A stretch of DNA of 63,491 nucleotides, filler included, from Chiloscyllium plagiosum (GCF_004010195.1; 12 parts of 12 records of this genome joined end to end with filler, not necessarily neighbours in it), one strand, 5' to 3'; shown: positions 1-14,332, counted from the whole stretch's first letter. The notes: generated by a model not told the origin, from the sequence alone. Numbers and translations are program-made.

Positions 1-477
1 TGTTATTTTGTTTTTTTACATCTTGTTTATCAAATTTCAGCCGGCTTGGTTGGTACCACATCCACAAATATCCATTGCCTCCACACTGACCCTCAGTAAC
101 AGTTGTGTGCACTATCTACAAGATACATTGCAGAGATTCAGCAAAGATCCTGAGAGAGCACCTTCCAAACCCATGACCACTTCCATCAAGAAGGACATGG
201 TAGCAGATACACAGGAACACCGCTCTTTGCAAGTTCGCCTCCAAGCCATCCAGCAGTCTGACATGGAAATATATCGCTGTACCTACATTTTCACTGGGTC
301 AGAATCCTGGAATTCCCTTCCTCAGGACATTGTGTGTCTCCCTACAGCACACAGACTGCAACGGTTCAAGAAGGCAGCTCAGTGCCACTGTGTACATGAC
401 AATGAGAAATGGACAGTAACAAGGCTGGTGAAAAGTAAGAGCAGGTGTGATTAGGGATCTGAAAGCGAGAATGTGAT

Positions 478-1000
478 GTTTCAGTTCTTCCTGGACATCT
501 CAAGGTTTGTATGAACTTTTAGTCTCCTAATTGCAGAAAGAATATAAATCCATTGGAAGTGTTTCAGAAGAGATTTACCCGACTGATCCCTGGTAGGAGG
601 GGGCTGTGTGATGAGGAAGGATTGGAAAGGCTGGCCTTGTTCTCACTGGAGTTTCGAAGAGTGGGGGGTTTTCCTGTCCCACTGTATTCTCCAAACCCTT
701 ATCTGACCCGCTCTTGGGTCATACCCTCCTGCCCCTTACTAACATGGAATTGGACTGCCCAGTCCTGAGGCTTACACCTTCTATCTGGAACAAAGTCTCC
801 AGGTATCTCTGCCCCTCCCTGATGTATCAGGATTCTTACAACTCAGTTTCTAATCCAAACCCCCGAGTGGGAGTTTCTGTAGTTTTATACAGTCACTACA
901 GATGTATTTACCCTGAATCATTTCAGTTTAATGAACAAATGCTGATCCCACTGACAAATCAATTCTTTCATTAAACTAGTAATTGTCCTCAGTCTCAGGA
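478..1000. repeat. Diverged direct repeat of ~5720-6270
   Basis: Collinear blocks such as gaagaatataaat, aaacccttatctgaccc, catggaattggactgcc and cactacagatgt occur in both copies. Confidence 0.7.
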
Positions 1001-2199
1001 TCAATGTTTCAGTGTTTTTCATTTCTTGAATTTCCCTAATGGAGGTTTCCTAAGCATACTATTTATATGGTTCCTTACACAAAGCTCTTCCCAGCTGATC
1101 TGGTCAACAGACTCCTGTCCCCTTGTTTATTATTTTGCTATTTTCAATCCAAGTGCATGTGCAGGCTCCCATCAGCTGAAGTGACAGTCAGTTCACCGAA
1201 CTCCCACATTGACCAAACTTCCCAGCATCCCCCTCTGTGCCAGCTGCACTGACTGCCAACTGCAGGATATAGGCTGTCCTGTATTTATACTGGTGCTAAT
1301 TGATATCACTTTGTTCTGTTGTGCTATTAGAGTCATAGAGATGTACAGCACGGAGACTACCCACAGACTCAAGTCAAAAGAAGCAAAGCAAGAAGGACAA
1401 GTGGATCGAATACAAGAGAGCACATTGTAAGGGAAAACCAATTATTACCAAAGGAGAGAGTGACAACTTTGAATTGCTTCTGGTGTCATCTCTGTGCCCT
1501 AACGTTTCACAGTGCCAGCTCCACATCCTTCCATTGGCTTTGTCATTGAGAGCCAACAGTTCCCTTCCCAAAGCCCTTTTTAAAATACCCTGTTCCAGGG
1601 AATCACTCAGACAGAGAATATTTCACCTTTTCTGGGAAGATTGAAGAAATATTGGATGTCGATGAGCTGCTTTCTCAGCCTTCAGGGTCTGACAGAAGGA
1701 TGTGTGTAGTCTGTGGATTCTGGAGACAGATCACTGAGATATTCCTCACTCCCATCAAAACCTGACTTTATCCTGACATCAGTTTGTATTCTTCAATATA
1801 AAGTACCCCCACCAGTTTCAGACTAGACATTTCACACCCAGCCCCCATTTCCTCACATTGGAATCAAGAACCAAACTTGCCCTATCTCAGGATTGCCCTC
1901 TGAATGTGATGTCAGTGTGTTAATGTTGTGTTTGAATGAAAGAGCCACTACTGAGATGGCCGAGGGGCTACAGAATATGACAGCAGAAAGTGGAACCAGT
2001 TTATCATTGACTGTCCTCCCCAGCGGTGACTCCCAAACTGAACATTCTCAATCTGACCCCAGGGACACACGGGGCAATTCCATCTCATTTGAAGAGTAAA
2101 GAAAACCCAGGTCTAATTTATGGAATATTTATTTCCCAAACCCTGTGGAATTGTTATTCTGAGTAACAAGACCCTGCTGGTCATATTCATCAATGATTC

Positions 2200-2520
2200 C
2201 CGGTGACACTGGCTCCCAAACAGTTGAGTAACTTTTCTTGACCTGGGATCTTGCTGTGCCTAAAAGATGGGTGAGTGAATTCCCATCAGATTATTGTGTT
2301 CCCCAGTGTCCCCTCCTGCATTCCTTCTTTTCCCCATTTATTAGGGATGATTTTCTCAGGGCCCTGCATTCCTGCTGAAACTGCCCCTTCTGGCCCTAAC
2401 TGTAGTATTGCCCTCCTGCTCCCGGGACCCCATTGCCCTCTCTATTCTCCCCGTCGTGTTCCGGGCCTTGAGGGTGGAGGGTTTCACTTCATACACCCTT
2501 TCCCTGAGGCTTCAGCTCGG
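2200..2520 (-). mobile_element. Second, more decayed copy of the same gag fragment
   Basis: 2330-2520 aligns with 7310-7497 (shared ttcacttcatacaccctttccct.aggcttcagctc); knuckle remnant YYS*GQKGQFQQECRA. Confidence 0.55.
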
Positions 2521-5500
2521 GCCAAAAAGGAGAGAATCACAGGGTAAAGAGATCTTATCGTTCAACAGAAAAGCTCTTTGCATATTACCATAATCCTGGT
2601 AATTAATGGGAGAGGATTAGAGACCTACAACAATGAAAGCACAGTGACTCAGAGGCTAAAAGGCAGACAGCAAAGAACTGCATTATTCCTCCCAGGATGT
2701 GATTGCCTTTGGCAAGCCTCATATTTATTGCCCATCTCCAGCTGCTCGGACCGAATTCTTTGTTGAGCCAGATCATGGGATCGTTAAGAATGAATCCCAT
2801 CACTGTGGGACTGGAGTCACAGACCGGGTGATGACTGAGTTCCCTTGCCCAAAGAACATTCATGAACATGACATGGAGTTTCATAGTTTTTTTTGTTCAG
2901 ACCCAAGCGCCTTCCTTCCCAGATATTACATGGCTCACCACCGCCCTCACCAGGACAATTAAGGAAGGGCCACCAAGAGCAGACACGGGCAGTGCCCGGT
3001 CCATCCCATGAGAAATCAAAATAAATGATGAGCAACTCAAATGATCAAACTGGTGAGGCCTTATAGACTGGAGCCTAGGCTAGAAATAGAGCCATGACAT
3101 GGGTGAACCTGGTTTGTCAGACTGAAAGGTGGAGTGTTCTTCGGATTGACACTGGAATCAGGCGCAAAATGAATTACACTCAAAGATCGAACACACGGCT
3201 ATCAAAGCGGGTCACCAAACTGCAAAGAGCAGCAATTTATCTGGGAGAACTCAACAGGTATCAGTGGGTGTAAGAGCACAGTAACACATAAACGGAAGCT
3301 ATTTGGATAGAACAGGACAATGAGATTGATTGAATTTTTCTACTGAGAGCAGGCACAAAGCTTTCTGGTTGTAATGACTCAGAGAATGATTAAGGATGAA
3401 GTGCAGCTCATTTTGCAAACAAATCACTGCGGCTAGGAAGAAAGGATGTTTAGTGACATCGATCCTTAAAATTAGGAACCACTTTAGAAAAAGACATGGG
3501 AATGGCCAATGTGAATTTCGAAATTACTCTGGAAAGTGAGTAGATGGAGGGGAGAGCGACCATGGCAGCTGTACTGAAGAATGGCTAGGTCACTTTGAGA
3601 ATATGGTACACAGTTATGTGCTTCTTTGAGGGGCAGTGCAGAATAGTACAGGGAGTGGGGATCTAGGTCACAAGGAAAAAGAAATAAGCACAGTAAATGT
3701 AGATTTACTGTTAATGTCGGCAAATAGAAAGACAAAGTGACACATTCTCCAGTCACACACCAGGTACAGAAAGGAGAAAAATATTTTGATGCAGTTATTG
3801 GAGTTTAGTGAGTGATAATAAACTGAGTCCTCCATTCAAAAAGGTACAGAATTACTTATTAGAATTTAAACGTATCTGAAGCAAAAGAGGAAATTATAAT
3901 CAAATAGTCATTTGAGAATANNNNNNNNNNNNNNNNNNNNNNNNNNNNNNNNNNNNNNNNNNNNNNNNNNNNNNNNNNNNNNNNNNNNNNNNNNNNNNNN
4001 NNNNNNNNNNNNNNNNNNNNNNNNNNNNNNNNNNNNNNNNNNNNNNNNNNNNNNNNNNNNNNNNNNNNNNNNNNNNNNNNNNNNNNNNNNNNNNNNNNNN
4101 NNNNNNNNNNNNNNNNNNNNNNNNNNNNNNNNNNNNNNNNNNNNNNNNNNNNNNNNNNNNNNNNNNNNNNNNNNNNNNNNNNNNNNNNNNNNNNNNNNNN
4201 NNNNNNNNNNNNNNNNNNNNNNNNNNNNNNNNNNNNNNNNNNNNNNNNNNNNNNNNNNNNNNNNNNNNNNNNNNNNNNNNNNNNNNNNNNNNNNNNNNNN
4301 NNNNNNNNNNNNNNNNNNNNNNNNNNNNNNNNNNNNNNNNNNNNNNNNNNNNNNNNNNNNNNNNNNNNNNNNNNNNNNNNNNNNNNNNNNNNNNNNNNNN
4401 NNNNNNNNNNNNNNNNNNNNNNNNNNNNNNNNNNNNNNNNNNNNNNNNNNNNNNNNNNNNNNNNNNNNNNNNNNNNNNNNNNNNNNNNNNNNNNNNNNNN
4501 NNNNNNNNNNNNNNNNNNNNNNNNNNNNNNNNNNNNNNNNNNNNNNNNNNNNNNNNNNNNNNNNNNNNNNNNNNNNNNNNNNNNNNNNNNNNNNNNNNNN
4601 NNNNNNNNNNNNNNNNNNNNNNNNNNNNNNNNNNNNNNNNNNNNNNTGCAGGGTTAAGACATGAAGGAGGAAGCATGAAGAGTCGAATAAATTTTTTACA
4701 CAGACATGGTATGAGTGAGTACAGAGAACAGAACATTCAATTGGTTTAAACTTACAAATTAGAAGGTGAATTAGGATACAGATAAGAAAGAACTGATACA
4801 TATACATGCAAAATCAGTAAGAAATATGTAACTATATTACTGACATGTGTAGTTCATAATAGCGGAGTTAAGATTTAAAGAGCATAAAAAAAGCCATCTT
4901 TTCAATTTGATGGTTGTTTTTTTAAGATGTCGAAAGTGTGTGCGGACCCTTTCGGAGAGTAGGGTGCTCACATGAGTCTGTGATTAGCTGTCAGTGTCAC
5001 AGAGAATACTGAGAATTGAAAGTACATAACAATTGGCGGTGAGGTTATTAACATTAGTTTGGGTTGGGCTGTTTTTGAAGTTAACCAGATTCGAATTTAA
5101 ACAATTAATTTAAAATATGTCCACGACACAAAATCCAATTGGATTTAAATCTCCATCATTCAATAAGATCATGGCTGATCTGTTTGTGTTTCCAATTCCA
5201 CATTCCCATTGAGTCTGTATCAGCCTCGACCCTTCTGAGTGACAAAAATCTGTTATCTCTACTTCAAAATATTCACTACCCCTACCTCCACCACCTTTTG
5301 ATACAGTTGTTGAACTTTCGAAACAGTGTACCCTGAAGGAAATATTCATTAGAAAACTGGGAGCCGAGCAGAACCCAGAGTGTCCAGAAAGAAGCCGTTT
5401 TCAGATTGGCCGTATATGACGAGTGTGTCCCAAGTGTTCAGTGTTGGGCCCTCAACTGTTTCCAATCTCTCTCACTGTGGGGATTGAAGGCTTGGGGATT

Positions 5501-6899
5501 ACATTCACAGATGACACAAATATGGAGAGAAAGTAGGTTGCTGAAGATGACAGAACAGGGGCCAGACCAATAGAGATACGTTCTATGAGGAGACAGAAAT
5601 CAGCAGATGGTGTATAATTTGGGAAAATGTGAAGTTGTTTGATTAGAAGTAACAAAATGCTGTGTATTATTGCAATGAGACTAATTGAGGAGTTAAAAAA
5701 CAAAAGTGTGTGTGTGATGTTTCAGTTATTCCTGGCTACTGGTCAAATTGCATCTCAAAAACTGTGCACAGTTTTGGTCTCCTTATTGAAGGAAGAATAT
5801 AAATGCATTGGAGGTGGTTCAGAGGAGGTTTATTTTATTGACCCCTGGAATGTGTGGGCTATGTGATGAAGAAAGATTGGAAAGGCTGACCTTGATCTCA
5901 CTCGTGTTGAGAAGAGTAAGGGGTTTCCCTGTCCTACAGTATTCTTCAAACCCTTATCTGACCCCCTCATAGTCATACCCTCCTACCCCTTACTACACCA
6001 TGGAATTGGACTGCCTGATCCTGAGGCTTATAACCTCTTTCTGGAACAAGGTCTCCAGGTATCTCCGCACCTCCCTGATGTGTCACCAATTAATTCAACT
6101 CAGCCTCCAATCCAAACACCCTGAGTGGGAGTTGATGTAGTTTTATACATTCACTACAGATGTGCTTACCCTAAATCACTTTAATTCAATAAAGAACTGC
6201 TGATTTCACTTACAAATGAAAGATAGCCATTCCTTTAATAAACCAGAAATTGTCTCCAGGGTTTGTATTAAAGTTTTATGCTCTCCATTTATTGACCTTC
6301 CCTGACTGAGGTTACCTGAAGCAGTAGAAGATGACAAGAGGATATAGATTGGTTGATCCTTCGCAAATGGAATTCATTCAGATAAATGTGTATCAGTGGA
6401 CTGAGCTCTCCCTGACCATGTGAGTGAGGTGAGGGCAGAGTGACAGCCCTTGACATCAAGGCCACTTTGATGGTGTGTGGCATCAAGGAGCCTGAGCAAT
6501 GCAGCAGCTTTTCACCTGCTGTTCCAGGGAAAGGATCAACATCTGGATCCCTCTGAGCAACTCCTGGGAATTCTGTCATCCCGAAGGGACAAGTCCTCCT
6601 CCTCAGTTCTGGATAACAGCATCAAGTCAGCCACACACTGTCCGAAGTGTTTTGGGGAGCTGAACTGAACTCTTGTAGCCCTTGTGCCATGCTCTGCTGG
6701 AAGGTTGGGAACCATTTGGGTAGACAGACCAATCAATATTGTTGATTGTTAAACAGGAAGGTGAATATGTCCCGGTCATTAGCCCTTCCTGCCCCAATAT
6801 GGAGCAGAACATGTTTGAAATGACCAAATGTGTAAAAACCCATTGCCAGTCCATCAACAAAGAGCCAATCTGCTCCAAACACTCCGTTAGTGATCTCTC

Positions 6900-7497
6900 T
6901 GTATTATGTTCAGATGCTTTCCCATTAAGTGCCCAGGGAGCCCACCCTTACACTCTTGGGTTTTGATAGCTCTTCTATCGCCGATGTACCCGCCTGAACC
7001 CCTCCAATTGGTCCTGTACTGGAGAAAGCTGATCCCAGTGCTTTCGATGGATGAATCAGTGTGTCTACGAGATATATTCCCCGTTCTCGACCTGCGCACA
7101 TGTGGGCACAGGATTTTCCCCATTCATCATACACCATCGGGCACATGTATTTGAGGTGGGTACTATCCCTTTAGAGCACCAAGGGGGGGATCATTGAAGG
7201 AGAGAGATGCCATCTCCATTCTGGGTATGCACCTTCCCTGTCTACAATTGGAGTTCAGCTTCCTCTCAGCATCGTTTCCCTGTATTTTGGAAATTGAACA
7301 CACCTTCCCTCTTTTCCCCGTTTATTGGGGAAGGTTTCCTTGGGGCCCTGCATTTCTGCTGTAAGAGCCCCTTCTGGCCACAATTGTAGCAGTGCCCTCC
7401 TGTTCCGGGGACCCCATCTATTTGCTCCCCTCGTGTTCCATGCCTTGATGGAGCAACTTTTCACTTCATACACCCTTTCCCTAAGGCTTCAGCTCTG
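6900..7497 (-). mobile_element. Decayed LTR retroelement gag-pro fragment
   Basis: Minus strand near 7345-7392 reads CYNCGQKGLLQQKCRAPRK (degenerate CCHC zinc knuckle). It is followed by a retropepsin-like IYLVDT...IGGV in ORF 6925-7146. Boundaries approximate. Confidence 0.6.
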
Positions 7498-7543
7498 ACC
7501 ACTTTCAAAACAGACACGAGACAGAGACTGAATCTTCTTCATC

Positions 7544-7549
7544 TTTATT
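7544..7549 (-). terminator. Probable polyadenylation signal of the IgL gene
   Basis: AATAAA on the minus strand about 530 bp after the CL stop, followed by a GT/T-rich tract. Confidence 0.6.
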
Positions 7550-8077
7550 CCCTTTTCCAGATTGACATTGACAGAAAACAGACTTCAATTAACAGCCCAG
7601 ACAGAGGAAGCTGCACAAATTCACAGCCACAATGGAGCTTGAGGAAAACACTTGTGGAGATTTTCTCAATAACATGAGAATCCTGTCCCTTTAAACAGTG
7701 ACAAAACCTTAAATTGGAACTGGCGGCTGAGCAGGAAGAAGATCTGGTTTACTGAAGCAGAGGCTTTGGAGGTTCACATTGTTTTGTACAGCTGACAGTC
7801 TTCAGCATCTTTGAGAGGTTTTACTTGGCATCACCGGTTAACACTGTTGTCATCAAATGCCACCAGTTCAGGGACAGAATGGGGTTAGATACAGAGTAAA
7901 GCTCTCCCCCTGCACTGTCCCAATTATCTGCCTTAACCCTTGAACCTCAGAAGTGTCTTTGAGCCAGTCCTGAGAAGGAAGAGAGTTGAAATTTAGTGCT
8001 GACAATGACCTTTGTCCTGCCAGCTCAGCCCTGTTCTATTTAAAGTTGTGTCTCCTTTGTGGACTGTCTCGAACCCT

Positions 8078-8406
8078 CTACACACATTCTGATCTCCTGA
8101 TGCTCTTGCTGAGGGGAGAGGGGAGGGCCACGTGGGTGAGGGCACAGGAGAAGCGAGCATTGGACTCCCAGTCAGACCCAGAGAGGGTCAGCAGGCTGCT
8201 GACACTGTAGGTGCTGTCTGAAGCTCGCAGGTAGTTGCTGGTCTGGACCCCGTCCAAAATGACTGCACCATCCTTCTTCCACTGCACCTCCAGCTCATCG
8301 GGATAGAAGTGATTGGCAAGGCACACCAGGGTGGCAGTGCCCTTGGCATTGACCTGCTCTGGGGAGGGGGGCAGCAGGGTCAGCTTGGGCTGAGAGTTCT
8401 CACGGC
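8078..8406 (-). CDS. IGKC: Ig kappa-type light-chain constant exon (SRENSQPKLTLLPPSPEQV...LSKSIRRSECV*)
   Basis: Acceptor tttcag|GC at 8406 in phase with J. C1-set motifs (TLVCL, FYP, W, YSVSSLL, FSCALTH) and a near-terminal Cys. TAG at 8078-8080. Confidence 0.95.
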
Positions 8407-8679
8407 CTGAAAGACAAGAGAAACAATTTTAATCCCTGCCATTCAAATGGATTTCAACTCTCAGAACGTTCATTGGCAAAACAATCCATTTGAACATTTG
8501 CAAACAATACTTACAAACCTGCGAAAAGAATGGACATTTATTAAACTTTCTCTTTGATGTTGGGCATCGAAGTCCCCCACCCAGAGTACAATCTGTGCCA
8601 TCAATGCCCTCAGTGTTTCCTCCAAGTGTTCAACGTGGAGGAGATGTTGATGTATCAGCCAAGAGAGGGCAGTGTGTTT

Positions 8680-9830
8680 TAATAAGCAGGTGGTTCCATA
8701 CAATCATACAGTACAGAAGAGGCCATTCACCCCATTAAGTCTTTACAACTAAGATATTGGAAATCTACTCTCCACCCATTTTCCAGAACTGGGCCCATAA
8801 CATTGAATATTATCCAAGTACTGCTCAAGTTTGTGAGGTTTGCTGCCTCAACTACCCTCCCAAGGCAATGTATCCAAGACCCCCACCCTCTGGGGGAAGA
8901 AACATTTCTTCACATCCCCTCTAAACCTTGCACATTGAATGTGTGCCATCCTGTTATTGTCCCTCTGTCTGAGGGGAACAGTTACTATCTTCCTACCCTG
9001 TGCACTTCCCCCATACCCTGCACCTCTCTGTCAGATCCTCCCCCTCAACCTTCTCTGCTCCAAAGTAAACAATCCAAGTGTATCCAGCCTCTCACCACAT
9101 TGTCTCAGATGCTCCATGCCAGGCAACGTCCTGGTCAATCTCCTCTGCGCCCCCTTCCAGTGTAATCACATCCTTCCTACAGTGTGGTGACTGTAACTGC
9201 ACATAGTCCTCCGGCTGAGGCCTAACCAAAGTTCTGCATCACTCAAACATATCCTTCCTGCTCTTATAATCTTCACCTGAAATTACAAAGACAGCTATCC
9301 AATATGCCTTCATAACTGCTCTAATAACCTGCCCTGGCACTTTCAGGTATCAGTAGACAATCACTCCATGATTATGTTCTCACACAGATTCCCAGTGTCC
9401 TGCCATTCATTGAGTACTCCATTGTCTTGTTAATTCCTCCAAAGTGCGATGTCTCACATTTATCAGATTTAAATTCCAGCTGCCTCTGATTTGCCCATCT
9501 GATCAATCCTGAATCCTAAGACCATCTTCCTCACTTTCAACCATCCAGCCAATCTTCATGTTGTCCACAAACTCAGTATCATCCCCTCCTGCATTCTCAT
9601 TGACATTGTTTGTATATATTATAATCAGTGAGGGTCCCAGCACTTATCACTGTGACATGTGGCCCATGTCAGTCGCCCATGTGGGACCTTGTCAAAGACT
9701 TTGCTGAAATACAAACATACTACACACCCTCATCTACACACCCAGTGACCTCGACAAAATTCCACCAGATTTGTTGGCCCTGGTCTCCCTCTGACAAAGC
9801 CACACTGACTATCCCTGAAATGGAGATTCA
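8680..9830 (-). mobile_element. CR1-type LINE 3' fragment
   Basis: Reverse complement of CR1 RT C-terminal and 3' UTR motifs (e.g. tgtaatcacatccttccta...aactgcacatagtcctcc). Confidence 0.65.
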
Positions 9831-9989
9831 TTCTGTTTTCAAAACTTCCTCCAATTGTATCCCTACCGCTGATGTGAGACAGACAGGTTTTCCTTGCCCA
9901 TGCTTGACCTGATGCTATAAGACTTCACGGGGTCCAGAGTCAATGTTGAGCACTCCCAGGGTCACTCCTGAAATACCATGAGAGCAGGA

Positions 9990-12900
9990 AGTGTGGTCAG
10001 TGACAGCAGTTGGAGATCCAGGTTTCGGAGCTTGAGCAGCAGCTGCTGTCAGTGCCGAATGTCCGTGAGGCTGAGAGCTCCGTGGAGAGCACGTTTCTAG
10101 ATGTGGTCACTCTGCAGCATCAGAGTATGCAGGGAGAGAGGGAATGGGGGAGCAGCAGACAGTTCAAAAGAACCAGGCAGCTAATACAGGAATCCTCTGA
10201 ATGTATCCCACTCTCCAACCAGTTTGGAATCCTGATGAGAATGATGGTGTGCAGCCGGAGCCAAGTCCATGGCACCATGGGGGACTCAGCTGTGCAGGGG
10301 GGCACAAGGAAGACTGGAAGAGCGATAGTGAGAGGAGATTTGATAGTGAGGGCAATCGATAGATGTTTCTGCAGCTGCAGATGGGAATCCAGGATGGTGT
10401 GTTGTCTCCCTGGTGCCAGGGTCAAGGATGTCACTGAGCAGCTGCAGAGCACACTGAGGGGAGAGGGGGAACAGGCAGCAATCGTGGTCCACATCGGTCC
10501 CAGTGACAGAGGGAGGAAAGGGATATGGTCCTGCAGTCAGAATTTAGGGAGCTCAGGAGGGAATTAGCAGCAGGAGCACAAAAGTAGGAATCTCTGGATT
10601 ACTCCCAGTGCCCCATACAAGTGAGAATAGGAACCGAAGGATAACACAGGTGAATGTGGAGCCGGAAAGACCGTCCAGGAGGGAGGGCCTTAAATTCTAT
10701 GGAGTTGGAGTTGACTCCAGAAGAGGTCTGGGACAGACTGGAGGGCTTGCTCCTGAACAGAATTGGGACTGAGTTTTTTGTAGGTGATTTGCTGGTGCTT
10801 TTGGAGAGACTTTAAACTAACTTTGCAGGGTTGTGGGGACCAGGAGATAATATCACAGAGGAGCTCCAAGGCCTACAGAATCCTGGGAAGATAGATAACA
10901 CCAGAATAAGGAATAGTAACTGAGCAGGCAGAGTGAGGGAATGAGCAATAAATTCTAATTCTGGGAGACTGTGCATATATGAGCCTACACCAAGTATAGG
11001 GAATCAGACTAGGGAGTTACATACAAAGAGTGCCAAGTGGAAACCTGATGTTGTTGCTCGAACAGAGGCCGGACTAAAAGAAGGGCAGGACTGTGTCTTC
11101 AATATTCCTGGATACAAGGTGTTCAGGAAAGAGAGAACAGGAGGAAAAGGATGGGGACTGGTGGGAATAGTTAAGGAGATCAGTGCAGAGCTGGAGAAAG
11201 AGGATGTCCCAGAAGGGTGAAGGACAGAATCGATTTGGCTCAAGATAAAGAACAAAAAAGGTGCAATCAGATTGTTCAGTGCAGTCTGTAGCTCACCGAC
11301 TAGTGGGCAGGACGTCAAGGGACAAATCTGCAAGAAATTTACGATGAGTTGCAAATATTATAGAGTCATTACAATGGAGACATGTAATTATACAAAGTTC
11401 AACTGGATTAGTAGCATTGTGAAGGGCAGAGAGGGGCCAGAGTTGTGAGAGTGTGTTCAGATGAATTTTCTCCAGCCGTCTGTTTCCAGTCCAATGAGAA
11501 AGACGGCTCTGCTAGACCTGGATCTTGGGAATGAGGAGGACCAAGTAGATCAAGTGTCAGTGAGAGGACATTTAGGGAAGAGTAATCATTGAATCACAAG
11601 GTTTAGAGTGACCGTGGAAAAGTACAAAGGGAAATCCAGAGTAACATCATGATCGTAGATCATATCGCATGGATCACCTCCAAATGTCTCACACTTTACA
11701 ATTTTCACATTTTTTTAAAAAAGCAACAGGAGATTGGTGAGTTACTTCCCTCAGTATATTCTGTTGAGTAAGACATGGAAGCTAAGGCAATTCAGGAAAT
11801 AAACAGGGATGTCTTGAAAAGAGTCTGCATTGCAGAAGAGGAGGTGCAGGAATGTAAATAAATCCATTGGACCTTATCAGATCTATCCAAGACTTCTGTG
11901 TGAAGCTACGGAGCAGACTGCAGCACCCCTTGCAGAGATATTTGTGCCACTGTTAGCTACGGTGAGATATGGGAAGGCTGGAGATTGGCTAATGTTGTGC
12001 CATTATTTCAGATTGGCTGCAAGGAAAATCCAGAGAACTATAGACCAGTGTGTGTGACATCAGTGATGGGTAAGTTATTGGAGAGGACTCTGAGAGACAA
12101 GATCTACATGGATTTGTAAAGCCAGGGATTGATCAATGATATTCAACATGGATTTGTGCAGGGGAAATTGTGTCTCACAAATTTAACTGAGTTTTTTAAA
12201 GAGGTGACCAAGAAGATAAATGAAGGCAGAGCAGTTGTCTGCATGGATTTTAGCAAGGCCTTTGACAAGGCTTGAAGTGGTTGTTTGGATAATAAGGTTA
12301 GATCACATTGAATCGAGTGATAGCTACAGCTTGTCAGTTTGATATAAAATTGGCTTTACAGTAGGGCCAGAGTGGGTTGGGAGAAGTGGTGTTGTTCAGA
12401 CTGGAAGCAAGTGACCAGCGGTATGCCGCCAGGATCAGTTCTGGCTTCACCGTTATTCATCATATACATCAGCCATTTGGATGAGAATCCAGGAGGTATG
12501 GTGAAACAACTACAAAGTATCCCATCACCAAGTCACCCTTTATTTACAGAGTACACTGGCTGCAGCCAGCCAGCTTGGAGTCAGTCTCTGAACTCAGGAG
12601 ACTCTCTGAATTCCCTGTTATATCAGTCAGCCAGGGTTCCCTGATTGGCCCAGGTTAACAACCCCAATCAAGGATCTCATAGTCAATAAGATCTACTTGG
12701 GTCCAATCATTGTACATGGTAGCTGATGAATTCAAGATTGGTGGCACAGTGAACAATGAATGGTACAATGTGATCTCGATTAACTAGGCCAGTGGGCTGA
12801 GGAATGTCAGGTGGATATTAAATCAGACAAATGTGAGGAGTTGCATTTTTTTAAAGACAAACCAGGGCAGGACTTACACAGTTAATGGGAAGGCTCTGTG

Positions 12901-13540
12901 GAGTGCTGCCAAAGATGGAGAACTAGGGGTGCAGGTATACAATTCCTTGAAAGTGGCACCACAGGTAGAGACAGGGTGGGAAAATAAGTATTTGGCACAC
13001 TTGCCTTCTTGGCAAGAGCATTAAGTACAGGAATCGGAATGTCATTACGGCTGTGCGAGACATTGGTAAGGCCACACTTGGAGTACTGCATATAATTCTA
13101 GTTGCCCTACTGAAGGAAGGGTGTTATTAAACTGGAAAGGCTGTTAAAAATATACAAGCATGTTCTTGAGAATGGAAGATTTGAGTTATGAGGAAGGTTG
13201 ATTAGACTGGCACTATTTTCCCCTGGAGTTAAGGAGGCTGAGGGGTGACCATTTTGAGATTTATAAAATCATGAGGAGCATGGATGAGGTAAATAGCCAA
13301 GGTCTGTTCCCCAGGGTAGGGTAGTCCGAAACTGAAGAGCATCGGTTTAACGTGAGAGAGGAAAGATTCAGAAGAGAACTGAGGAGCAACTTATTCACAC
13401 AGGCGGTGGTGAATATATGGAACATGTTGCCAGAGGAAGTGGTAGAAGTGAGTACAATTGTAACAGTTAAAAGTCCATTGGACAGGTAAATGGATAGGAA
13501 AGGTTTACAGGGATATGGGCCAAACCCAGACAAATGGGAT
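9990..13540 (+). mobile_element. Near full-length decayed CR1 (HER1-like) LINE in the IgL J-C intron, antisense to the gene
   Basis: ORF1 esterase-like motifs (AIVRGDLIVR...CLPGARVKDV...IVVHIG in ORF 10010-10567), then disrupted endonuclease/RT sequence and a CR1-type 3' end. Confidence 0.85.
12502..12716. mobile_element. ~215-bp insertion interrupting the CR1, possible solo LTR
   Basis: Non-CR1 sequence with TG...CA ends, flanked by short (a)tgg repeats; the CR1 RT sequence resumes on both sides. Confidence 0.4.
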
Positions 13541-13773
13541 GAGTGGGCAAAGATAAGGTGAATAATTCAGGAAGGATGAGAACTGAGGAGCAACTTATTC
13601 ACACAGGTGGTGGTGAATATATGCCAGAGGAAGTGGTAAAAGTGAGTACAATTGTAACAGTTAAAAGTCCATTGGATAGGTAAATGGATAGGAAAGGTTT
13701 ACAGGGATATGGGCCAAACCCAGACAAATGGGATGAGTGGGCAAAGATAAGGTGAATAATTCAGGAAGGATGT
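13374..13773. repeat. ~200-bp tandem duplication of the CR1 3' end
   Basis: gagaactgaggagcaacttattcacacagg...gataaggtgaataattcaggaaggatg occurs twice in tandem. Confidence 0.85.
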
Positions 13774-14299
13774 GGATATTTTACAAGGAGAAAGCTGACA
13801 GGAGACTTGACTGAGAAATTCAAAATCCAGAGGGATGTGGACAGAGTAAGTAGAGAGAAAATGTTCCTAATCAGGAAAGGATTGAGTGGGAGAAGCCACA
13901 GATTGGAGGCAATTGGTCCAAGAAGTAAAAGTGAGATGGGGAACAACTTTTTCAGCCAGTGAGTGGTTAAGGTGTGGAATGCACTGCCTGAGAGTGTGGT
14001 GGAGGCAGCTTCAATTGAAACATTCCGAAGGGAATGAGACTATTATTTGAAAAGGAACCATGTGCAGGGTGACAGGGAGAAGGCAGGAGAAAGACACTCA
14101 GTGAATTGCTCATTCAGAGAGCCAGTACAGACAGGATGGACAGAATGGCGTACTGTTCTATGTTCTATGTTCTATGAATTGCCCATTCGGAGAGCCAGTA
14201 CAGACAGGATGGGTGGCCTCCTTATGCACTGTAACAATTCTGTGATTGTGTGATTGAGCAGAGTTAAAGCTGGGGGAGGTGGGAGCTCGGTGTCTCACT

Positions 14300-14332
<33 letters not shown>

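Noticed and set aside
3900-4807. Long ORFs spanning N runs (also 30596-31516 and 40045-40887)
   Set aside because: Artefacts of assembly gaps at 3921-4646, 30694-31234 and 40505-40725.
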